The position numbers and the translations under genes were made by a program. A stretch of 64,000 bases of DNA, from the NCBI GenBank assembly GCA_030390025.1, contig CM059428.1, positions 131,440,001-131,504,000 on the forward strand, written 5' to 3'. Shown piece by piece: positions 47,289 to 57,796 of this stretch. The notes under the pieces are model-generated. The model searched no databases and was not told where the DNA came from. It saw only the letters and a program-made list of their open reading frames with translations. Positions within the stretch are counted from its first letter, which is position 1, and every line of letters starts with the position of its first letter. The DNA comes from Squalus acanthias. Taxonomy: Eukaryota.

Positions 47289-49055
47289 TGTACGAAAGGC
47301 TGATATTTAAAGATATTTAGTAGACGAGAATCATATATGTATAACTTCAAGTGTAGCCATTGACCAAATAGCATTACCCATAATTACTCCTGGGTAACTA
47401 GAAAGCTAAGACTTGTTCAAAATGCAGTTGCGAAGGACAGTCAGAAGCAGTTTTGACTAAGTTTTGATAACAAACAGCCACAGACTGCGAGTGAAGGTTA
47501 AATTGCTAAACAAAAACATATTATGACGCTAAGTAGAAATTAGAATTCGCTTACCAAAACTAATTGCAATGATATTTAAAAAATAATTAGTACTGTAAGG
47601 ACATAAAATGAGAGAGATCATGGAGATAAGGGGGGAAAAATTCAGTTGGTTGCGCCTCCCGTTAGCGCCTTAAGAGGACGCTAATGGGGCGCAAAGCAAC
47701 TAGCGCCCGGGCGCAGCAATGTTTGCGCCGCTCGCGAAATTAACTAGACATTTTGCAGCGGCGCTAAACACTACCGCCATGATCTCCTGCGCCGGCAGAT
47801 CGTGACGTCAGTCGAGTGCGCAACGCCCCAGAGCGGATATTGAGTGGCGCCCCTGCCACTAGCAATGACAGGTTGAGGGGAGCGTTTTGTAGTCAGGAAG
47901 GGACTGGGGGAGCGCTATTTAAAGGCGACCGCTTCCTGCCTTTTTTTGTTGGTGACATTTTTGAACCACGCATTCTGAGAGAGAGAGAGACTTCTGGAGA
48001 GATTCAACGCTGTGTGAAGGAGTTTTGGGTACTGAGCAGCACTTTGCAGGTTCATTTTGATTTTTCCTTCCTTGTATCGATTTAGAAGAGACTGTGGGGG
48101 TTGCACTCTGAGCTCTTTCCCTGGTGCTCTCCATTGTTCTTTCCAGCAGATTTGATGTACATGTCTCTCCAGGCCGAGATTCAAGGCTGCAATGAGCAGG
48201 ATATGGATGGAAAGCAAGATCAACCCTCCCCTTTAAGAACTGGCCAGCGCCATTGTGTCTGTGTTCCATTGCTGACTGACATCACATGAGATTCGCTAGC
48301 GCTCTGAGGTAGCGCCTCGCTCCTCGGCCTTTGCGCCTTAAGACAGATTTAGCGCTCCAATCACCTCCAGGGGCGATAAATGTCAAGTTTTCAGTCGGAG
48401 GCGATATTTAGCGCCAGGCGCTAATCCTTGCGCCCGGCCGATAATTGCGCCCCAAATGGGGCGATACTGAATTTCTCCCCCATGGTATTTATCTGGTAAA
48501 TTAAAGTGAGATAGTTTGGATACCTCAAGACTAGTGAAACAGCGCTGATATGGGCTCTTGGTATAAAGGCCTTGTACCAGGGAAGCTAGAAATGAAAGAG
48601 ATAAAGTAAATTCCAATGGGGTGAAAAACTATAAACAAGATAACACTGAACATGGTAAAGTTGGTGGACAAATACTGGAAAGGCAGGATGCTACCTTAGT
48701 CTGAGTGACAATGGTATTTTGACCATTAGAACCAATTATAAAAGGTGATTTTGTTAAAGACCATATATGGACACTGGCCAAACAAACTGTTGATAAGAAA
48801 AGAGTTAAAACCTCGATACTCAAAGAACAACTTTACACAGACGTACTGCAAGAACAAAGGAATAGACTTAAGACGACGTCAACTGTGTCCGAGAGGTTCC
48901 AGAGACCAAGGGCTGCGAGCTACTCGTTAAAACTATCGCCTAATATTAAGTATATTACGCTGTATGCTTAATAAATCTTGATCTATTGCACAAACATACT
49001 GGCTGCTGCCTATTGGTGTCTTGTCCAAGAACTGAGAGATCATTAAGATCTTACA
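47289..49055 (+). repeat. 5' LTR (about 0.9 kb plus an inserted MITE)
   Basis: TGTACGAAAGGCTG...GATCTTACA; TATAAAA at about 48739 and AATAAA at about 48970. Confidence 0.92.
47631..48481. mobile_element. Harbinger-type MITE inserted in the 5' LTR
   Basis: TIRs GGGGGAAAAATTCAGT / ACTGAATTTCTCCCCC (15 of 16 match), 3-bp TSD AAG/ATG; the empty site GGAGATAAGGTATTT is visible in the 3' LTR. Confidence 0.9.
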
Positions 49056-49058
49056 AAT

Positions 49059-49076
49059 TGGCGCCCCAGATGGGAC
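49059..49076 (+). promoter_or_regulatory. Primer-binding site, tRNA-Arg-like
   Basis: TGGCGCCCCAGATGGGAC, 3 nt after the LTR end; from memory it is one base from the complement of vertebrate tRNA-Arg(CCT/CCG) 3' ends. Confidence 0.75.
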
Positions 49077-49233
49077 AAGATAAAGCGGCTAGTATTGTGT
49101 AATAGATCGGACCTCGAAAGTAGCTTCCTGATCAGCTGCTGCTCTTGAGGAGGGATAAATCCCGTGGGGGGAGTGCCCGTGAATTGCGTGCCAATAGTTA
49201 TTGATGTTAGAGGTCTGTTAAGAAAATCACCAA

Positions 49234-49599
49234 ATGGTTAGTAAAAGTTGTGTTAATGCATATAAGAGTAAGTTAGACAGAGGCGCCTGTGCGGAGGAAG
49301 TGCAGGTATTATTGACGGAACATTTAATCAAAGGAGACCGAGTCCCCTTTGAAAAAGTGATAAACTTTATTCCGGAAAGTCTGTCTCAGAAAAAACACAA
49401 TGGGTTAAGAGAGAAACATAGCCAGGTGGTTAAGCATAAAGTGCAGGAGAGAGAGGGAGAGATAGAGAAGGAAAAAGATCTAATTTGCAGGCTAACCAAT
49501 CTGAAAACTCAGCAAAGGAAGGGAAAAAACAGGGATTTGGAAAGCCAGGAAAAACTGCTGAGACGCCTATGTAAAAAGAGAAAAAAAAGAGAAATTTAA
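49234..49599 (+). pseudogene. Truncated gag-like N-terminal ORF
   Basis: First ATG ORF after the PBS, 121 aa, charged and coiled-coil-like; assignment is positional only. Confidence 0.45.
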
Positions 49600-51039
49600 A
49601 GTTTTACCGACATGGAAGCTATTAACATCTGTGCCGAGACAAATAAAACACAAGATTTGCTGAGTGAAAGGAACCTTAAAAAATGCTGGAATTTCAGTTT
49701 GTGAAAGTTTTCCTGACTATGAATGTTTAAGAAGTTACAGTATTTCTTTTGTCTAAAAGTCTGTCTTTAAAAGAAAGATTCTGTTATGTGTGTTTTTGCT
49801 CCACCCACTTCTCTGTGTTAAAAGCGTTTAAAACTTTTGTCTTGTCTTGGATTTTGGAAGTTTTAAGAATGTGCGAATAAGATTGTGCCCCAAGAATTAG
49901 AAAAAAAACTTTGAACTACAATTTAAGTTAAGCTGGTGTGTAAAAACTGAGAAGAACAACAAAAAGTTTGTTTAACAAAAGATTAAGTTTCAGTCTAAGA
50001 TTTAACCTTGGAGTCGCGGTTGCTATGGTGAAATCTTCCAAAGCAGTTTGATTTGATTTGTTTAAATGTGAAAAACTAATTTTTCTCCAGTTATATTCAA
50101 TGTTTTTACAGTATTTTGGAAAGGCATCTGAAGAAAGGACGATAAGAAATATGACGCAATTTACTGTTTTCTGCAAGCATGTGCTATTTTGTTTTGTTTT
50201 ATCTGTTCTATTCGTGTTTAGTTAAAGTATGAAAACACAACTGTCTTTTCCGATCGGGAAAGTTTTTTTTAAATTTACGTGAAGTGACACAATTGCGTGC
50301 GCCTGACAATGTTTTCGCTCCACCTTCTTAAAAACCTGCAAAGGAGTTAACCCTTTCCACTGACAGCTGTTTAAGTTCACCAAGCAACAACTTTAGTATG
50401 AAATTTAAAGATATTGGACATTATTAAATTTAAGTTTCTTAATTTTAATTTAATATTTCCCAGAAGGAAAATTATGATTTGATAAATTAACCACTTGGGC
50501 TCTAAGCAGAGTCACAATGGATTCTCTTCTTTCTTTTGTTATATGAAAGTTACCTTGTAAACTAATTGCAGCACTTCTGTCTCTAATGTTAAAACACTGT
50601 GTAAGCCACCTAGCCTGGGAATCACTCATTTCTGAAATTGGAAATGGAAGAAAAATTAATAGAAATGAAATTGAACATTGACAAAACCTGTCAGTTCAAC
50701 AATACTGCTGTTTAGATTTTGGGATAATTTTGTAATAACATAATGGACTTAGGCACTATATATTTGGTTACTTTTGGGAAAATAAAAGATCCTCTAAAAT
50801 AATGATAAATTAAAAGTGTTAATAACTTGGACCAAGTGAGAATGTTTGATCTATGTTTTCAATCTTAAATATTGTACTGGACTGTAAAGTTCCTCCAGGG
50901 CTCATGAATGAGATATGAATGGTAATCAATTGGATGTGTAAAATGGAGAGAGGAAGTGATTGAGGGTGTGAGATAGAAACAGGAGAATTACACCACCAAT
51001 TGGGAATTTTCCAAACTTTCTAGTGAAAGTCAGGAAAGT

Positions 51040-52209
51040 GTAGTTAAGAATAGTAAATTGATAGCTTTCTCTTGGAGACATTTGTGTCCCTGCCTATAAT
51101 TAACTTTTTAAGAAAACTGAATTCGATAGTCTGGCCACTACCCAAGACATCGGGACCATGCGGTGGAAGATGAACAAGGATCTCCAGACAATCTTTTGAT
51201 AAGATCACTTGAAAGCCCGAGAAAGGCTTGTATCGGATGGCACGTGTGGCATAATATGGAGATACCGATATGAGTGTGTAAATGTGATTTGTTACGTATG
51301 AAGCAATTACCATCCGTGAATGTATGTTGAATCTGCACTGAAGAACGGGTCTCAGACATGCTCAGTTACTTGACAACAGCAAGACATGAAATGGTTAATG
51401 TGGCTCAGGAGAGCGAGACAACTTTTAAAGCATTGACACATACTCCATCGAGAAACTATCTAATTAATGGAACAATCAAAATAAAGTTAAACACACTGGT
51501 ACCTGTTAGAGGGATTGAAATTGAAGTTGAAGTGGAGAGTTACATGGAATTTGGATTGGGACAATTGAGGGCTAAGGAGAAATCATGTTTAGTAAGAATT
51601 ATCCACAAGATGGATACGAGCAAAAGAGAGATCTGGAGAAACTTTTAAGTCCATGATTTGTTGATTCGATGTTAAACTGTAATGTCGCTTGAAATGATTA
51701 TAAGACTGAATTTAACTGTGATTGTAATCATTGTGTTTTGTAGATAACAGAGTGTGGGAAAAACCAGTACAAATCCAGTATGAGATGGTTTTGGTGGTGC
51801 TTCCTGTGTCACTACTATCGCAACGACCATGCTTTACGGGTCTAACAGGACCTGTCCCATCAACCAACACGTTTTACTCAATATCAAAACCTATGCTCAA
51901 GTGAAACTGACAGTAAATGAGATACTTAAGTATGAGCTGCACAATTATGTGGCACAATTTGGATACTACATTCCCCTGTTGTCTGAGGGTTTCAGTGAGC
52001 TCATGATGCGACTGAACTCCTCCCTAAAGCATTTTTATGTTATGGAGCAAGACAACTCGAGAATAGATATTGAAATTGACAGCACAGAGGACAACTCACA
52101 CTGGTGGGATATTGGGCTTAATATATCAGCACACCCTTAGATTTGTATTATTTCACACGCTCTGGTAGTTCTCCAACTAGTGTATTTGATATATGTATAC
52201 ACTATGTAG
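51040..52209 (+). pseudogene. Decayed envelope glycoprotein remnant
   Basis: Frame GGASCVTTIATTMLYGSNRTCPI...SELMMRLNSSLKHF...SHWWDIGLNISAHP*ICIISHALVVLQLVYLIYVY: Cys residues, N-glycosylation sequons, heptad-like helix, Trp-rich membrane-proximal region and a hydrophobic TM segment after a likely TGG>TAG stop. Confidence 0.65.
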
Positions 52210-52761
52210 TAAGACTTTGATACATAAGCCAATAGTCATGCCTATGACTAACCAGCACTAACAAATTAATTAAGCACAACGAAAGAGAAGATCCGAAGCA
52301 ATGTAGAGGAGACCCTAGGCGGGGTAAGATCAGGAAAGATAGAAGAAACAGAGGATACCCCAGGCGGGGCAGAATTGGAATACCGGAACAGTGAATTGAA
52401 TTTAAGTAAGGGGTCAGATCAGGGCCGTTACTGCCAGATCGTATGATGCAGCAATAGGAGCAGCGGGCGGAGGAGAAAGGATAGACTGGGACGCACTAGA
52501 AGGCAAGACATATCAGCACGGCCGACATGATGGTTGGGGAGACCCCGGGGTGTCCTCCATCCATGAGGATAGGCGGTCGGCCCCTGTGGGTGTCATAGTT
52601 AGCACCCAGGCCTATAATGAAAAGGGAGATAAAACCTCATTTGAGAAGCGCTCCGTTCCCCTCAATTAGAGGACTCCAATTTGCAGCAACGCTTGTCAGA
52701 GAATAGATTGAAGTAGTCGAGGAATCAATGTTTAAAACATTTCATCCTCGAGGTGGGGACT

Positions 52762-53638
52762 TGTACGAAAGGCTGATATTTAAAGATATTTAGTAGACGA
52801 GAATCATATATGTATAACTTCAAGTGTAGCCATTGACCAAATAATATTACCCATAATTACTCCTAGGTAACTAGAAAGCTAAGACTTGTTGAAAATGCAG
52901 CTGCGAAGGACAGTCAAAAGCAGTTTAAACAGCCACAGACTGCGAGTGAAGGTTCAATTGCTAAAAAAACATATTATGACGCTAAGTAGAAATTACAATT
53001 CGCTTACCAAAACTAATTGCAATGATATTTAAAAAATAATTCGTGTAAGGACATAAAATGTGAGAGATCATGGAGATAAGGTATTTATCTGGTAAATTAA
53101 ACTGAGATAGTTTGGATACCTCAAGACTAGTGAAACAGCGCTGATACGGGCCCTTGGTATAAAGGCCTTGTACCAGGGAAGCTAGAAATGAAAGAGATAA
53201 AGTAAATTCCAATGGGGTGAAAAACTTTAAACAAGATAACACTGAACATGGTAAAGTTGGTGGAAAAATACTGCTATCTTAGTCTGAGTGACAATGGTAT
53301 TTTGACCATTAGAACCAATTATAAAAGGTGATTTTGTTAAAGACCATATATGGACACTGGCCAAACAAACTGTTGATAAGAAAAGGGTTAAAACCTCGAT
53401 ACTCAAAAAACAACTTTACACAGACGTACTGCAAGAACAAAGGAACAGACTTAAGACGACGTCAACTGTGTCCGAGAGGTCCCAGAGACCAAGGGCTGCG
53501 AGCTACTCGTTAAAACTATCGCCTAATATTAAGTATATTACGCTGTATGCTTAATAAATCTTGATCTATTGCTCAAACATACTGGCTGCTGCCTATTGGT
53601 GTCTTGTCCAAGAACTGAGAGATCATTAAGATCTTACA
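52762..53638 (+). repeat. 3' LTR (877 bp)
   Basis: Direct repeat of the 5' LTR; preceded by GAGGTGGGGACT (PPT-like). Confidence 0.93.
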
Positions 53639-55058
53639 CTGGTCATGTAATTAAGTGAAAGTGTCTGTGAAAGTTCGCCTTATCACTCTGGCTGATTGAC
53701 TAGTTGATATGTATTTTTGCCTCTTGGCCAGGGTCATCTTCTGGTGTATGACTTCCACAGCCTGCTCCATGGTAAGAAATTATGTAAACTCCAGCAGATT
53801 ACAACATTTTTGGATATCTTTGTCAGGCTGTACTGCAGCACTCCCTCCATCGGTCCAGGCACCTGAACCTTTGCTTCAGGATGGTAATGGTATGTTCAAC
53901 CAACATGCTGGTAGCAATGTGCACCTCATTATATCACTCTTTAGGTCTTGTTAACCTTGACTGTGGTTGGCACAGCTATCCCTTTTACTGAAATGATTTG
54001 CAAGCATGGCTTCAGGACTCCGTGAAGTTCAGTGATGTCTACTTTGAGAAAGCGTAGTCTCTGTATTCATGTTCTGTCGGACATGTCCAGATATGAATGG
54101 TTGTGCCTGTATGAATGGCGACACAAGAACAGATCTTCCTTTATCTCCTAAGGTGCAAATGCATGCCTCCTGTGACTCTCCTCCTCCTCCAGTAACTGCA
54201 ATTAAATAGACATGCCCTTGGAATACCCATTGCTCCTCTCAAGGGAGCACACAGAAACAGTTCCTTGGAAAACAGGAACAGATAGCACATACTGTGCAGA
54301 TTAAGTAGTTATCTTCAATAAGTTCATTAACTTCTTTTCTCAAGATAGCACAGAAGCAGTGAATGACAAACAACTGCATAGAAATCAACGACCCAACTGA
54401 ATTGAAGAGGCATGTCAAGCAATGCCCTTCTTGGGGATGTCTCCCTAAAACCTGGGACCTTAATGAGCCTACTAGATAAGAACTGTGCAAGCTATAAGTG
54501 CCACAGATACGTCAGGGTTACATTATGATGTGCACAATGCATTAGGCGTCTGTATTCCATAATACAGCGAGCCAGTGCCAAACGGATATAGAAAATCATA
54601 TTATCAATCCCTGTAAGTGATCATGTATGTGCGGATTCCACTGAGTGTTTCCTATTTCTCATTATTTTACAGTGATTTTTATTGTGATCATCTCGGGGGG
54701 ACTTGACCTTCAAACTGCCTTTCATGGAAGTGCTTAACCTTCACTCATTGCCTCCTCGTCATGGCACAGCATGGGTCAGTAACTCATCATGTGCAAACTG
54801 CTGGCACAGACCTGTCTCCGACCACTCCATGACACATCAGGTGTTAGTGCTTTCTAGGTGCTCATTACTCAATGTGTAGAGCTCCTGGTGGCACTCAATG
54901 GAGTCCATATTTCTGTTCAGCTCAGCCAGACTGAGAAATAAGGTTGGAAGCTCGCCATTTAAAAATGAAGAAATAGACAGTATACTTCATAGGACATTTT
55001 CTAGCATAAATGTTTTGATAAAAAATAATTGTAAACAGTTTTAATCTATTTTACTTAC

Positions 55059-55158
55059 ATGTGGTGCTGAAGCACCAGATACAAAAAGATGCACAGGCTC
55101 CAAACCGTAATTTCTTTTTATGCACTCTGCTGTAGCAAAACTGAGGTATGCCCCAAAA
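55059..55158 (-). CDS. OLAH: Oleoyl-ACP hydrolase, exon completing the nucleophile motif
   Basis: 100-nt exon, ttctacag acceptor and gtaagt donor: (S)FGAYLSFATAECIKRNYGLEPVHLFVSGASAPH; would complete GHS-F-G with the upstream exon, which I did not find in the window. Confidence 0.92.
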
Positions 55159-55547
55159 CTGTAGAAGAAAAAAATCTGGTTAAGGCCTTTTGAGCTTTAG
55201 CCTAGATCTTGTATCAAAGGTACGCACAAAAAAAACACAGCTGTGAAATCACTATCAGTACTGTTATTGTCCATTACGAATCACTGGTATATTTACTCAG
55301 GTAATTTATTTGGCACTATGATTGTTTTCTGCACACCCCACATATACATTCTGCCTACTGCTGGTGCAAATGTTAGAAATGTGCACTCGGCGATCAAGCA
55401 AAAGGCAAAACAAGATAAGTCGTGATTTTGCAAGATCCTACAAACAGGACAGAGTTGTGTCATCTGCTCCAGAATTAACTGCACATACCATTAGTATGGC
55501 TCTTCCTATAGAAGTGAAGGGTACTACATCATGAAGCTTACATATTA

Positions 55548-57330
55548 TTGAATCCTTCCAAGTCACCCTGGAGCTATCTGCCAGTATCGGCAGTCTGCAG
55601 TGCACATGTGCATCAGGGAATTGACAAATGCTATGTTTGCAAAGGCAACGCCATCTTCACTTTATTTTCTAGAAAGAAACCAATGGCAGTCAAGGTTACC
55701 GCAATCCTGAACTTCTGTACTTCAGGTTCATTCCAAACTACCACAGAGGACATCAGCAACATCAGTCAATCCACAGTGCGCAGATGTATCAAGCAGGTTA
55801 CTGACAAGTTTTTCACCAGGGCAATCATTGTTTTCTCCCTGGAAACACAGCGGAATGAGAGGGCTCTGCAATTTTCACACTGCATGAAACCCTCAAATCC
55901 AGAATATTATTTATGCCATTAGTGGTCATCTCTGCCTTTACACACAATCATTTGGCTTTCATGAAGTACATGGAGCTCCACTCCATCAATGCCAGGTGCA
56001 GTGCTTCAGATGCCTGGACAGATGGTAAGCTGTTTTGAAGGGATAATTACTAGTCTTAGCCCCTTTAGGGTTACCCCGGATCAGACGTATTCCTCAGACG
56101 TTCACTTTCAACTAAAGTTTGAGGTAGCCAAATCCTAAAGACACTTAATTGGGTCTAAAGGTCTGGACTATCTCTCCCTAAAGGAAAGGAACAACCTGAA
56201 AATTTTACCGTCCTCCAGATAGCACTTTTAATAAGTTTAGCTAGACTGTAATGTCCCGGATATTATGAGGGTCCGGAAAACTCCCCCAGAATTCTACAAC
56301 TCCTCACTAAAGAGTGTACAGAGATTGAGTTCGCGAGTTTGATACAGAAGTCTTATGTGAGACAATTCTAAAAAAATATAGATTTATTAAAGAACCAACA
56401 TGTAATTTACAGTTTGTGTGTCAATCGTAACATTAACAGTTCTAAAAAGAGAAAGCTTACAATTCTATTATCAGAGAACCTTACTCTCAAATCTTAACTT
56501 CGCTACAGTTTTACAGTTCTTAGTTTTCTACAGGATATCCACCAAAATCAAATACCTTTGATCCTCGAGGTACAAAGAGTTGGAGACTTACAGAGCTGCC
56601 TCTGAAGCCGAGAATCGCCTTGCCCCTTTAAAGCAAGTCTGTTATCCCATTTGAGAGTTCAATATTTATACCCTTTTCCAGTGGTATTTCCTTTAAGGTT
56701 TTCTGCTGATGTAAGCTAATTATCTCTAGTCATTTTTCTGCTGACCCCTGCAATTCTTATAGTCACCTCAGCTGGTAGCATTACAGAATTATGTCTCTTC
56801 TCTAGGTGTTCTAAGTTTACCATAAAAAATGGTGTAACGGCAGGTGCGTTTTACTTGATGACATTTTTACGAAGGCAGATGTTTGTGCTTCTTTACGAAG
56901 TGTAAATCAGAACACCTTGTACAGGGTGAACCTTTGTTTGATTCCAAAAGGTTCAGACTGTCGGGAGCCTTTAACCTTCTGTTTCAATAAGGTTATTGAT
57001 TCAGTGTCAACAGCTATCTTATCTCTATGGCCAGAATGCTTTCACAGCTTTTTCATAGTTAGGTTTCTAGATTTCCAGACCCAGTTTGTCATGTTTTAAT
57101 CAGGCCAGAATTCTTTCATAGAATGGTGTATTTTTCTGAATAGGTTATATGGCTTATTCCTTCACAGTTTTACATTACAGGCCCACCGGGGTCTACTAGA
57201 TTATCGCATTATTAACAGTATCTGCTACATTATCAACAACTGTGCCATAGAGATAGGCCTAACAATGATGGTGGTGGAGGAGGAGGAGGAGGCCCATTTA
57301 AAGACAATGACTGAGCAAAACACTGAGATA
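55548..57330 (+). pseudogene. Harbinger transposase remnant split by a solo LTR
   Basis: PMAVKVTAILNFCTSGSFQTTTEDISNISQSTVRRCIKQVTD before the LTR; C-terminal CYI..N...EEEEE-like remnant resumes at about 57218. Confidence 0.65.
56031..57217 (-). mobile_element. Probable solo LTR (about 1.19 kb)
   Basis: TGTT...AACA ends with imperfect inverted termini; minus-strand TATAAATA (56663-56670) upstream of AATAAA (56383-56388); interrupts the transposase remnant; TSD not clean. Confidence 0.6.
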
Positions 57331-57796
57331 AAGCCAGAAGATATCTGTTGTACACAACAAAGCCAAATGGCAGGATCTCATACAGCCAAGTTCCACCTTT
57401 GCCCAATGCAAATAGTCCTCTCCACACACGTTCACAATACAACGATCCAAGCATCTTCAGCAACATTGGCTGCAGCACCAATGTTCCCAGTCATCTGCAA
57501 GGTCCTGCGCAGGCCGCTCACCGGCTTTTACACTGTAGATACCGCGCATGCACAAAAATTTGAATGGGCCACACATTGGGGAGGCAGGCCACGCAGGAGG
57601 CAGTGCAGCTTACGGGGGACATTGTTCAGCACTATCTCAACCAGCATGGATACCTACCCATTAATCTGTAAAATGTTTACGCTCTCTCTGATCACAGGTG
57701 AAATAAATTTGATTTCCTAAAAGTGGTTAGTGAATGTGGCTCGTATTTCTGTGCAGGCTCGCCAACAGTCTGCTGCTCCTGTGGCTGTGCAGGGGC

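Larger units (their letters stand above)
47289..53638 (+). mobile_element. Endogenous retrovirus-like LTR element, pol-less and non-autonomous
   Basis: Two highly similar TG...CA LTRs, PBS, purine-rich tract before the 3' LTR, 4-bp TSD CTAG/CTGG (one mismatch), gag-like and env-like remnants. Confidence 0.92.
44675..54960. mobile_element. Old PIF/Harbinger-like element interrupted by a SINE and the LTR provirus
   Basis: Myb/SANT-like remnant on + at about 44800-45025 and transposase-like remnants on - at about 53950-54200 (QRLRFSK.DITEL..., PTTVKV); very degenerate, boundaries approximate. Confidence 0.45.
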
